From Leptogorgia sarmentosa (taxonomy: Eukaryota), in contig OZ210885.1 of NCBI GenBank assembly GCA_964658305.1, forward strand, positions 15,562,001-15,626,000: a stretch of DNA of 64,000 nucleotides. The letters run 5' to 3'. Under the pieces are notes generated by a model. It was given only the letters and a program-made list of their open reading frames with translations, made no database searches and was not told the DNA's origin. Of the stretch, positions 1 to 11,984 are shown one piece after another (within the stretch, counting starts at the first letter, position 1; each line of letters opens with the position of its first letter). The position numbers were made by a program, and so were the translations under genes.

Positions 1-237
1 CCAAATTCGAAATCTACAGTACATATAAGTAATAAAAAATAAGCTGTATATTCAATGCACAGCTTAATAATTCTCTGTGACTGTACCTATATAAAATTTA
101 TGTGTAACGACTGCTCATGTTGCATATTATAATACCTTTTACAATTATACAATGAGTAAACAAAAATAAACTAATGAAGTTTATACCTTGGCATCCATGC
201 GTTTCTTTCGTTCTTGTAAACCTCGTAATATTTTATC

Positions 238-352
238 GCTTACCAGTCAAAACGGCCCCAGGTCAAAACAGCCCCAAGTCAAAACGGCCCCTAGTCAAAA
301 CGGCCCCATTACTTAGTCAAAACGGCCCCATTACTTAGTCAAAACGGCCCCA
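238..352 (+). repeat. Left TIR with subterminal GTCAAAACGGCCCC repeats (6 copies)
   Basis: gtcaaaac(g/a)gcccc repeated with short spacers; mirrored at 5337-5422. Confidence 0.9.
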
Positions 353-943
353 AGTTGAAGTTAACCCTTTACTGTATGGCATTTCCTAGAGTTTAGGCAG
401 AGTAAAAGTGTAAAAGGCTCTGAATTTTGCATTGACAATGACAATATCAACAATGTTTGTAAATAGTTAAAATATACATAGTTAAATTCATTTCCAGCCG
501 ATAATTTTAAGAAGTATAAAAATAAACATACTCTGAATAAAAGATCCATCTTGAACTCAATATTTGAGATGAAGCAAGAGGAGACAATTATGATAGTGAT
601 ATTTCGAATTTATTTCAAATTCATATTTAAAAATAACAAAAAAATATAAATAAGTTTATGTTCAAAATATACCGCAGCTTCTATAGGAAGACCAGAAACT
701 ATTAATTTTGTAAATTAGTACTACTGATAGGACCACCGTTTATAAATAAATAATTATTCTATTCTATTCTATTCTACAGTTTCGCGAAAATTGTTCACTG
801 CAAGTGGTGAATTGCAAAATTAATAGCGCTCATATATTTCTTATATTATCATGATACAAAAATTATAATACAAAAATACTGTGATACAAAAATTATAATA
901 CAAAAATACTGTGTATACACAGGGCCCATAAACCAGTCAAGTG

Positions 944-3900
944 TTAGTCCATGTTTGCTGCGACGAGGTGGGCACACCTGGACAACAGCCGCTTTGCGGT
1001 CAAATCACCAGCAATATATTCAGACCAATTGGCCAATATTTTCCCCTGTACTTGTCGGTACTGTTTCCGCTGTCTTCTCTTTAATTTTTCATCTGACACC
1101 AAACGCACCTGCATGTCAACAAGTTGGGCTTGTTCGTGCAGGAGTCTCACCATCAGATACAGTGAAAGGTTTCCGCGTTTGGCATGTCGGTTGAGCATAC
1201 CATGCCAACCTTCTACATCATTATTGGTCCTGACTGCTTGACCAAAGACACTCCATGTTTCTGGTGTCCACAGCTCCCCTAATCAATCACAATAGGACAT
1301 GTTTGTTAATTATACTTAGTACATAGATCTGGACTGTAATACACCTGGTATAGAGTAAAACTCACAATTAGTAACGTAAACGAACATTGGTAACATGAAC
1401 CAATAGTAAATTAGCTAAAAGGAGAAATGTGGTGAACTGCCAAAAGTGTTTAGGTCGGCTGACGTTTCGAGCGAAAGCCCTTCATATCAGGGCACGTTGA
1501 GCAACCTAAACACGTTTAGTTCACCACAGTTCTACTTTTGGCGTTGTACTGCACACTGCACACGCAACACAACAGTTAATTACCTTCAATCCAGTTTGAA
1601 CGAATATATGTAGCCAACTCGGTCAATAACGGTGTGGTGGCTTTGGCTGCTAGGTTCTCGAACATGGTTGGGATGTGCTCTTTTGGCAAATAAGGAAGGG
1701 CCAAGAATTGCCTACACAGCTTGTGTATCGCATCATCATTCTTGTAAGCTGGGGCTAGACCGATATTTTGGATTTTCCTCCAAATGCATTGTGCCCAATG
1801 GAATGAGCACCCATGGATGGATACATCTGGGAAAACCTGTGGTATGGCTCTCCACAAAGCACTCTCGAAATCAATCACTATCTTTTGCACTTTTCTGGTA
1901 TCTGTGGTGATGCACTTGATGGCTCTGAGAACCTTCCGGTAGTCCATTTTGCGTTTTCCTGACATCAATACAAATGCAAGTGGCACTTGCTTGGTACATT
2001 CACCACTTCGGACAAAGGAGTGGATGGAAAACAATTGTGTAAACGGAGCTTTAACCACTTTGAAGGTTCCGTCTATGTACCACGTCTTGGATCGTGCAAG
2101 CAAGGTTACCATGTTCTGGGTGGCAAAGACCAGGTGCCTCCTTCCATCGACTGTAACATCGGACTTGAGGAAGCCATCCGGGACATGATCTTCACTCAAG
2201 TCAAAATCAAGGTCTGTCGGCTCTGTTGGACGTTTCTTTTGCCGGTGGCGGTTTGCAGCCCTTGCAAGGTATTCAGGGTTTTTCAATGCAGGCAATGGCT
2301 CGGTTGTAGTTGCAACACCCTCTTCTAACATGACCTGAAATGAAACTTCATGTTAAGATGGCTCTCTAGATTTTTGAGAAAAGCACGGTTGATCTACAGA
2401 ATGAAAGCATGTTAGGAATCAGAAACTTTTCACTAAACCTTTTGACAACCAGTTATTAAAGGACAGGACGATTCCAAAAAAGACAATTCCAAAAAGGTTA
2501 TCAATAAACATGGTTTCATGCATGCAACGACTTTTTAAAGAAATTCCATGTTACTAAGGCCATATTGCATGTCAAACCATTCAATGAACTAAGTTTAGGA
2601 AGAATTCCGTCATAGTCAATAATAAATATACATATGCACCTTATTGACGATCTCAGCTGCTGATGTGAAAATCTCTGTGGCAGCTATCTTTTCCACAGCT
2701 GTTGAAATTCTAGCTGCTTTTGCTGCTCCAATTTCAGCCGGATGGACATGGGATTGTGATCCACGTGTGAATGCATCACCTTTCTGATGCACAGTTGCCT
2801 TACACCATACTGTCTTGTTCCTGACGCTGCACCTCCAAACTCGATTTCCATTCGCTCTACGTGTCTTTATTATGTAAGTGAAGCCTTCACTGTCAGCCAA
2901 CTTCTCTTTCCCTTTTTGTGATCCATCCTTGATTATCTCATATGTTGTTATGGCTGGTACATTTTCTGTCTCATAGTGTCCTGGAATGTCATCCTCGATG
3001 GACGATTCGAACACTTGTTGTGGCACCTCAAAGCTAATGTTCTCAAGCTCATTCGATACATGACTGGATGGTGGAAGGGTGGGTGTGGAGTTGGCAGTTC
3101 CAGAAAACAAAATTGGAGATTCATGACCTATGATAATATAGAGCATTTACTTAGTATTTAACTTAACTTAACTGTTAACACTTAACTTAAGTGTAGTCGT
3201 AGGCACTTAACTTAAAGTGCTTATGAAACGAAATTTTCGCTACTCTTTTTATTGTTTTATTTGAAAGAGTTTGTGAAGTAACATGCAGTACTAAGTTTCT
3301 AACACTTGTAACATGCAGTGTACTAAGTTCTTAACACTTGTAACATGCAGTACTAAGTTTCTAACACTTGTAACATGCAGTACTAAGTTTCTAACACTTC
3401 TAACATGCAGTACTGAGTTTCTAACACTTCAGGTAACTTATCATGCACTAACGTAACTTCATATACTCATATAAGTCCATATACTCACGTAACTTATCAT
3501 GCACTAACATAACTTGATATACTCAAGTATTGAACATGAGCCAATAGTCATTAGCTACTAATAGTTGTGAAATCAATCATAGACAATTGTGAAATGGTTG
3601 TGATTGGTTTGTCACTGAAATGGCATCAGCCGTGCGTCTGTGGGATGCGTGATCAAACTGTAGAACTGGTTTTATGGGTGTTTCCTTATGATTATGGAGA
3701 GATAAAATGCCTGAAATAACCATTAAAACAAAAAAGGGAAATAATGAAAAAAAGATTGGTGAATGCAATTGATACCTTGAGGGCCGCAGTCCATTTCTCC
3801 AGGTGCGTCAGTTTCGGAATTGCTGGCTGCCATGTCAACCAACATCATCACCAAATCTTCATCTACTTCTTGTCCGGCTGCAAGTAATCAAGTTATTAAC

Positions 3901-4218
3901 AGTTTTGATATCATCTGGGTGTTTATTGAAAGCTGTTTCAACTATTTCTGTATGGCTATATGAATTAGAATACTCACATTCTTCAACCAGCCTCGTGCTC
4001 TCCGTGGCAGGCAACAAGAATCCCGCGCTCAAATTAAGGCAGTCTACGCAACGCCAGTCAATTTCTTCACCGCATCTAACAGCGGTTCGATACGCGATTA
4101 GCGAGATCCCTCTGTTGCAGGTCCGATGTTGCCATCTTTCGCAGCAATCGCATAACAGCCCCTGTTGCCGAGCTCTTACAGGCTCCTTGCAGCGAATGCA
4201 GTTATCTTCGGCAGACAT
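944..4218 (-). CDS. Spliced MULE transposase: PHD finger + FLYWCH + DDE domain (exons ~4218-3950, ~3105-2640, ~2334-1583, ~1279-944; extra small exons possible)
   Basis: PHD C4HC3 (CIRC..CDCCERWQHRTC..WRCVDC). FLYWCH (GFTY..WRC..C.ATV..HVH). DDE motifs YIDGTFK, VIDFE, GCSFHW and RTNNDVEGWH. GT-AG junctions flank the ORF blocks. Confidence 0.88.
1417..1539 (-). ncRNA. Hairpin containing a degenerate hammerhead-ribozyme-like core (Penelope/retrozyme type) in the last transposase intron
   Basis: Minus strand reads CTGA(ta)TGA-AGGGC-tttc-GCTC-GAAAC-GTC, flanked by inverted arms tgtggtgaact..gtgtttaggt and acctaaacac..agttcaccaca. Confidence 0.45.
3278..3430. repeat. Minisatellite, about 5 x 30 bp (gtaacatgcagtactaagtttctaacactt)
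   Basis: Direct tandem copies with minor variants, inside a MULE intron. Confidence 0.9.
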
Positions 4219-5336
4219 CTTCAGTAAAACGGTGAATAGAACTTCTGACTGTAGCGCAGCGGTGGTGAATGTTCGAATGAAGATACTGTATACTTGTAAA
4301 CACATTTTATACGATTGTGTTTGGCCATTGATGACAATGACTGCGCAAGAACAATGGCATGGTATCATCATTATTATATAGTTATCATCATTGTATCACA
4401 ATAACTTATTGTGATACAGTCAATAACATCCGGATGACTCATACATGCTTCTGTTCAAGTTTTGTTTTTGATATTTTTAAATGTTTTGTCCCGAAAATAT
4501 AGTAGGTCAGCAATATATCTCAAGGCAATATATCTCATACACGCGTATTTGATTGGGTAATGAATGGAAGTTTATATCTGGAAATTATGTGTAACCGCTA
4601 TAGTCTTCATATTTTGATTTTTAATTTTTTTGGTTTTTAAAAACATTTATTCCTTCCTGTATTAAACAATTCTCTTGTGCCTAATCTTCATTAAGTTTTA
4701 GCTTTGTATACTTTAAAATATTTGTAATTCCTTTTTATATGCTCTTTTAGATGAACCTTATTTTCATAACTTTCATTGTTGTAAAGTAACACGCATTCCA
4801 GCTGTATTTAGCTGCAATGTGTTTTCTCAAAATCTATCTATCTTATGGCTTTTTGAACATTTTTACAACAGCAAAATCACTTCGAGCAGATAAAGTTATC
4901 CGACTTTCGAACAACCGAACTTGCATGACGACATGATGACGCTGCATGCTACATGCAAGTTGTAGGATGTTTCGCATTTCCTGCATGATGGACGATCATG
5001 TGAGGAATGATGACACGCTTACTTAAAAAAGCCCATTCAATTTGGATTTTATTCTTCTGTTAATTTTTCAAGCTATTTATGTTGTTTGTTTCAAGGCAAT
5101 TAATGCAAACAACAGTCACAACAGGATTAACTGACAAAAGATGCGCTTGGACAATAGATCTATTTATGTTTTTGAAGCTTTATATAATAATAAGACGACT
5201 CATTGCTAGACTCCGAAATATGGCTAAGTAACTATGTATGATATTCAAGACATCTGCTTCAAAATATATATTACAAAAACCTAATAATCGTATGATATGA
5301 GTTCATGAATATAGTATTAATATAAGTCATTTGTAT

Positions 5337-5422
5337 GGGGCCGTTTTGACTTTTGGATGTGGGGCCGTTTTGACTATTGGATGCGGGGCCGTTTTGCCTT
5401 GGGGCCGTTTTGACTGGTCACC
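5337..5422 (-). repeat. Right TIR with subterminal GGGGCCGTTTTG repeats (4 copies)
   Basis: ggggccgttttg(ac) x4, reverse complement of the left-end repeats. Confidence 0.9.
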
Positions 5423-6355
5423 ATTTTATCTTTCCTTTGTAGCTCCATTTCTAACAGAGAAACTTCTGTTTGAGCCTCTGTAAGGTTTCTCTTTGTCATA
5501 AAACCCACATTGCGCACTTCTTTGCACTTTTTCATATATTCCCCAACTTTGAAATATGGCATCGCGTGCGTATATCATATGCCAAGGCCAACGTGTGATT
5601 TGAGAGCCTTTTACTTCAAATATCAAGAAACCAAAAAGGAGGCGACAACTTATGGATATTGAACCATCTCTCCACGAAGATTCAATGCAAATAAATAAAC
5701 TACGTCGAAAATAAAACAAGGCAGAAAATGCCGTTTATTCAGGCATGCATTAATGCCCATATTTTGTAGATTTTCTTCGATCAAAAGCAAGCCACTCGTC
5801 TGAGCAATGCGGCCATGCTGGATATCAAAATGAACGTCGAGAAAGCCGCTATTTGGCGGTACACACCGAAACAAAAACGAATCAAACCGATCGTCTTACG
5901 AAAGGCCTAAACGTTGCCATCGAGCATGATTGCTATTTCGTACCCATTCTCCCAAAAACATGGCGCGGCCGAGATGGCGGATTGTCACGAAAATGCCAGG
6001 CATTTTTGGCGCCTCTCGTGCCCAGCGTGTCTGTTGGAATGTGAAAACGTCTGGATTGGGACCCTTTTGACTAATCGGGGAGGGTTAAATGATAGTCATG
6101 ATTTTGTGCAACAGTGACTTCTTTGTTTATCAATAAGCTTAATTAGTTATCACAACTGTATTATTTGCATATTTATTGGTGTATATATAGGTTAGAAATT
6201 ATCAGTAATATTATTTCTGAGGAAGGCTGAGACATTCAGTCGAAAATTTAATTAAATTTTATTACTTTAGTATCTTTAGCATTCTCTTGAATCGTAGCCA
6301 GCTATTCAGTTGTACATAAATGTCAAACTGGTTGATGCGAGTATTGCATTTTGTC

Positions 6356-6358
<3 letters not shown>

Positions 6359-6425
<67 letters not shown>
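6359..6425. repeat. (TA)n microsatellite
   Basis: About 33 TA units adjacent to the Penelope 3' end. Confidence 0.98.
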
Positions 6426-6428
<3 letters not shown>

Positions 6429-6448
6429 ATTCAAAAATTTAACAACTA

Positions 6449-6491
6449 AGTCGTTACACAGTGTTTCATGCTAGGCAATCATCAGACGACT
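6449..6491 (-). ncRNA. Minimal type I hammerhead ribozyme in a Penelope pseudo-LTR
   Basis: Minus strand: agtcgt-CTGATGA-ttgcctagcat-GAAA-cactgt-GTA-acgact. Intact core, 6-bp stem I, short stem II, near-palindromic stem III, GUA cleavage triplet. Confidence 0.8.
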
Positions 6492-6570
6492 GGTTACATT
6501 CAATTATTCGTCTATTTTTATAGTCTACCCAGTTGTTGTTATTCTGGCAACTATTGTTCTTAATTGCTTT

Positions 6571-6800
6571 TTAATTATCCGGTGGCATCTCTTTGAAGTT
6601 TGTAAGGAGGAACTTGTTTTTGTGACGACATGTCAAAAGAATTTCACTTCTTTTGTTTAGCAAGTTCTCATTGCTGTGGAAGATGTTGTGGAACTTTTCT
6701 GAAAGGCAAAGGTTGCATGTTTTGGAGCTGTTTCTGAGGGCTGGGGCTTTGTCTAAGATCGACCACTCGATGTTTAATTTCTCCATGTTTCTGTTCTTTA
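6571..6800 (-). pseudogene. Penelope-like element, GIY-YIG endonuclease C-terminal fragment
   Basis: IEWSILDKA...CNLCLSEKFH...LLNKRSEI..CRHKNKFLL is the typical Penelope ORF C-terminus. Confidence 0.85.
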
Positions 6801-6932
6801 GATCCCTTATATATATATATAGATAAAGTAAGTTATAGAAGCTATCGTTATATGATAGGAACTATCGCATACAAAATCGAACGGATAGAGTGCTCGATGC
6901 GTGTGCAGAGCGGTATAAGATAAGATAACTTG

Positions 6933-7064
6933 AGAAACACAAGTTACTTCATCGAAAATTTACTACAGAACTGTTTCATATGACAAGTTGAACTTGCCAC
7001 ACTCCTCAACTTGTCATACGAAACAGTTCTGTAGTAAATTTTCGACGAAGTAACTTGTGTTTCT
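6933..7064. repeat. Long inverted repeat (59-bp arms, 14-nt loop)
   Basis: agaaacacaagttacttc...tgacaagttga and tcaacttgtca...gaagtaacttgtgtttct, with 2 transition mismatches. Confidence 0.9.
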
Positions 7065-7219
7065 TATATATATAGTAGAAGATTCAAACTTGAGTTGTTG
7101 ATCACTAATGATGTTATGCCTATACGAGTGTGGTAGGCTTAGCCTACCATACAAAACAAATTTGTAGTGTTAATAAAGCTTATGAAATAACTCGAGTTTG
7201 AATCTTCTACTATTCCGCT

Positions 7220-7630
7220 CTACTTCGGGTATCGAGCACTCTCTGCATATGATTTTAACCGGTGCTGTTGTTTTCGTTTGAGGAAGGCGTCAATGAAAGA
7301 GTTGTTCTTCTTGAAGGTTTCGTAGAGATACTTGAGTTCATTTTTCTTGCTTTCTGTTGTACTACAATGGGTGTCGGTGCGGTTGAAAAGGGTTCTAAGG
7401 CAGCTAAACTTGTGCTGTGTCGGGTGATTACTGTTGTAGTTTAGGATTTGGTCGGTGTGTTTTCTTTCTGTAAACTTGAGTTTCAATCAATCCGTTGTCT
7501 GTTCTGGTGAGTAGAATGTCTAAGAAAGGAATTTGTCCGTCTTGTTCTTTCTCCATTGTGAATGTGATTCCGTCTGTGGTGTTGTTGATTTTGTCGAATA
7601 AGTTTTTAATGTGGTGAGTTTTTATGATAT
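7220..7630 (-). pseudogene. Penelope-like reverse transcriptase C-terminal/thumb fragment (frameshifted)
   Basis: ITFTMEKEQDGQIPFLDILL..TQVYRKKTH / TDQILNYNSNHPTQHK..LRTLFNR. Confidence 0.85.
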
Positions 7631-7749
7631 ATAATGTAATATGCTGCCTCAAATTTACTAGCCAGGCAACCAATCAAAATGCATAAACAACATTTGTATA
7701 TGACATAACCAATACAGTATATGTGTAAAATGAATTATCCTGTGCTTTC

Positions 7750-8155
7750 TTGCAGTTTCTTGAATGCGAAGATGAAAACATGTTGGCAGAATTTACAACT
7801 CCCGACAGCGAGTATGATATAACCGAAATACTTCTAGCTGCTGGTTTCCCGCATCTTAATATTACTGGAGAAAGGAAACACTTGACATACGAGTGTTGCG
7901 TTATACACAAAATTGTTACCAAGCGTTTAGCAGCACTGTATGATATTCGCAAAGGTCTGCAAAGTGCTAACTTCATGGGCAACACAGTGATTGATCTTCT
8001 GAATAAATGGTCCAATTTAAAGAACAAGAGGCAACTATAGAGAGGGTAGCCCTAGATCAACTTCTACCTCACATTTTATATACTGAAGATCAAGCTCACA
8101 GCAATGGTAGAACACTTTCCTAACAATACGTCCAAGAATTAAATGTGAGACAAGG
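7750..8155 (+). pseudogene. Possible HECT-like (G2E3-type) exon fragment
   Basis: Exon-like block (tgcag acceptor) reading ..HKIVTKRLAALYDIRKGL..; weak recalled resemblance to the HECT N-lobe. Confidence 0.3.
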
Positions 8156-9008
8156 TACTGTATGTTCAGGTTTCCTTTGTGCATGCTTATGTAAGGAATT
8201 CAAGTGATGATATATCTCCGAACCTAACAGAAATGGTCATGCCAGTCAAAGTGACCGGTCACTTTTTCTTGCTATCAACATTGAAAATCATTGTTTCAGA
8301 CGTTCAGAAGTCAAAGTAAAAAAAAAACACCTGCGACATGTTCACTTTGATTGTATTTATGGCTAGAAATAAGCGACATGCAGTATTATGCAACAGGCAT
8401 TCAAAATGTGCATAAATAAATGCAGCAACGCAAAATAAACATGGTAAATTGACTTGTAGCGAATTGAAAAAGCCAAATATTGTGATTTTTAGAAGCCGAT
8501 AAACCTTGTCCCCGAGCGATTGAAATGTATCCATGGATTGTAGCGAATTAGCCGCCATTAATCATCAATTCTTATATGCTTCACTGAAAGAGAGCGGTGT
8601 TTTAGGATACATGAAATACAAATTCCAACATGCGGAGCTTGATTTGTCAAGATGGGGTTTCGGCGGCTTCAACTAATACAAAACCTATAAAAGGTTACGT
8701 ATCTTTCCCTTGTCCAGCTTTACGTTTATGTTCGGCAAAATGCTTTGCTTTGCTTGAAATATCCATAACTCGGCGAGATTTTGGACGATTTTGCTGCCAA
8801 AACTATTGTTTTCAAGCTCATCATCTTGTTGTTTTAGTTCAAATGCTTTCGAGTACTCAGGCGCATGTCCACTGCAGCTAAATGCTGCTGAAATGCAGAG
8901 CTTGCTCAGAAATTAGCCCACAAAATTCATAATTTACCAGCAGTATTATGCCGTATATAATTATTTTGCCAAAAATACACTGGATTTTGTATTTTTCGCG
9001 CTGGTGTT

Positions 9009-11431
9009 ATGATGGCAGCTAGAAATCCCAAAAATTTGATAGTAACGTTTTCCAACAGAACAAGCAATGTTAAACGTGGGAAAGAATTATCATCTCATGA
9101 ATCCTATTTCGTTCTTGAAATCCCTCAGAAAATGTTAATGCATTGGCACTACCTTAAGACAAAAGGTCAGGCTCGTAAATGTGCAAATTTGATCGCAAAA
9201 GAAGTTCTTCCGTTCAGAATCCTTGAAAATTCTGCCTTGGAGAAATGAATTAATGATGCTGCCTGTCTATCCATAGGTGAATGGCGTGGAAAAAGTGGAA
9301 GGAAGAAGAAGGAACTTTTGAAGAAGACACGCAGCATGAAGATCTGTAAGGAAGATGTCGACTACGTAGGTACAAGTACAACTGTAACTAAACTTGAAAT
9401 GAAGTGCTCAGGGCTGAAGTCCGAGTTGGTTGAAACAAAAGAAAATGCGAAAGTTCTTGAAGATAAATTAAACGAGTCCATTGAAAAAAAAAATGTGTTA
9501 GAAGAGAAAAATTCTGTCTTGACCAAACAGCTCGAAGATACTAAAACACCTGCATGCCAAAACTGTGTCAGTAGCCTTGAGAATACATCAAACAAGTTGG
9601 AACAAGGCAACGTCAGAGAAAGGTAAAAGGTGTAGCTTTACGTATATTTTATTTTGTTTTGACTTTAATGAGGGACACAATTTCAGCACTCCCTTTCTGA
9701 TTATGATGATGTCAGTATTATTACTATTATTTTATGAATTATTATTTTATGAATTATTATTCTTATATTGTTATTGTAAGACACAGGAATTGAAGACAAA
9801 GGCTGAGAGAGCTTTATGGTTCCTTGAATCATATGGTGTAAGTGTAAATTCAATTTCTATGTCAGACTCCAATGGTCAAGAAATCAACATAAATCCAAGA
9901 ATGAAGCAGCAAAAGTGTTCAAAGTATAAAGAATTGCCTGAAGCTGAAAAAACTAAGATAAAAGACGTACTGTACATCATGGATAGATTTTGTGTTGGTG
10001 ATGTGGCTTATCATGCCCTATGTGAAGATGTAGATGGTTTGCTTCGCAGTTATATGGTCAAACAATGTAGAAGTGATGTCAATAGTTCCTTCACAGTCTC
10101 AAGAACCCCAGGCAATCTAGTGGGTGCCCAGATAAGTTTCACAGAGGATCTTAGACAGAAGATTAAAGAAAAAGTAAGTTTTTTAAACAGCCAAAGTGAT
10201 GTCATTTGCCTTACTTTCTATTGAAAAAGAAGTAATGTCCACAAAAGGTAAATTGTCAATTTAGTTACTGTACTTTGTATTTTACTATCATCTCTTATTT
10301 CAAATTGTTTTAAAATTTGGTCTATAAGGTCAAAGGTCCATTCATCACAAGATACAACAATTGAAAAAAATAAAACAATTAGACTGGTTCTTTCAATAAA
10401 TGTTTGCCCAGTGCCACAAAAAACCTACAAGCTTCAAATTTTATTTTAGGCAATGATGCATTTGCAATAGTCTGTGGAAAAGAGTGTTATGAAAGCATAA
10501 CCACAGCTTTCAAAGAAGTTCTGGATGAGATAAACCAACTAATTGCTGAAGGTGCATTGAAGTTGATCGGAAAATCATTCCACTTGAATTTTTTCTTGGA
10601 GGTGACTACAAGGTAATAATAACCCTTAATACTGAACCGGTTGCCTGAGAAATTCAGTGAGGTGCTGAATCCAGACACCTGTGACACAGTTAAGCAAATA
10701 TGGCAGGTAAATTGTGGCATAACTAAAGGGGAAGTCCAGACCCCACATTTTCCCTCAACAAATTTTGTACAAACTGAATAGAAAGTACAGGGGCCGGGGG
10801 GCAGTCTTATTCGTTGGGTTGTAAATTTATAATTCGCATCTAGAGACATCTTTCTTTCATAATTTTTTTTGAAGGGATTTGAAGATTTGTACCAAACACT
10901 ATCATCATGGACAACATCAAGGCAAAATATTGAAGGATTTTTTAACAAGGTAAATCAAAACTAATGGGCATATAATAATGTAATTTTACCTAGTCCCAAT
11001 TAATTTATCTCATTGATGCACATTGTGCCCTGCTGTAACAGTCCTCTCTCTGTAATATTAAGGCAAATGAGTGGGTGAAGCTATTTCTGTCTTTAAAAGA
11101 CCGAGAAGATGGCTATTCAAAGGCCAACATAACACCATACATCCATATGCTTGTGTACCATGTTCCAAGGCACTTGTGTGATGATAATGGTGTTAAAATC
11201 TTCACTGGCCAAGGAGTAGAAAAGACAAATGATGTAGTATGTGCCATATATCACAGAAAATGTAACAAGCATGATGCATGCAAAGACTCACATCTGGCAC
11301 TAAAACGCCTGGATGTTCTAAAACCGTATGAAAAGATCCCAAATAATTATACGAAACGTGACAATGAATATTGGACAGAAAGGATCTTCCAAGAAAGGCG
11401 TAAGCGTCCACGTCTAAACCAGCCATTGTAA
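9009..11431 (+). pseudogene. Decayed, intron-containing RAG1/Transib/Chapaev-like transposase
   Basis: Coiled coil, then YIMDRFCVGDVAYHAL, RTPG..GAQISF, LEFFLGGDYK (candidate catalytic D) and ITPYIHMLVYHVP...FTGQGVEKTND (compare RAG1 ITNYFHKTLAHVPE...ASEGNESGN). Stops and frameshifts present. Confidence 0.65.
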
Positions 11432-11984
11432 GTTATAAATCATTGTTTGATTAAGAGACCTTCCAGTGCTAATGCAAAAGTGTCGGAAGATATGATATCC
11501 TCTCAGGAGAACCCCACATACAAAATGACACTAGAAATACCCCCACCAATCCCTTAATTTTTGGCATTTAACTTTTTCCATAGGTGCATATGTTAGTCAA
11601 ATTAGACCTTACTATCATAACTACAAATCTAGTCATATTTCAACTGATTAAAAAGAGATTGAGCTACATGCTATCCTTTGAACAAGGGTTTTTAGTGATG
11701 TAAAATGTTGGCATTTCAACCACATATGATGGGGCTATCTTTAAAACAAGGAACGGGGAATCGGGGAACCCGGGAACCGGGGTTAAAAGAAATTTTGTTT
11801 AATTTAATTTATTTAATTTATTTAATTTAATTAATTTTATTATATATATTATTTAATTCTATTAATAGCAGTGATTAATAGGCGAAGCGGCACGATAAAA
11901 ATACAAAATTGCTTCACGCGAAATTCAGAAACAAAACTAATACTCAAAATTTGCGGTTGTAACTTGTAAGACAAAGTTTTTAAC

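Larger units (their letters stand above)
238..5422 (-). mobile_element. Mutator/MULE DNA transposon, full length, with TIRs and 8-bp TSD
   Basis: Left end gcttaccagtcaaaacggcccc (238) is the near reverse complement of right end ggggccgttttgactggtcacc (5422). TSD attttatc at 230-237 and 5423-5430. Internal MULE transposase on the minus strand. Confidence 0.92.

Noticed and set aside
244..352. CRISPR-like repeat/spacer pattern (GTCAAAACGGCCCC)
   Set aside because: Repeats are 14 bp with 2-8-nt spacers and are mirrored at 5337-5422. They are transposon subterminal repeats in a eukaryotic context with no cas genes.
3278..3430. 30-bp repeats as a CRISPR array
   Set aside because: Head-to-tail tandem copies with no unique spacers.
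6458..6464. RSS heptamer CACAGTG (also at ~7983) as a RAG-transposon TIR
   Set aside because: No nonamer at 12/23 spacing and no matching opposite end. The first lies in hammerhead stem III.
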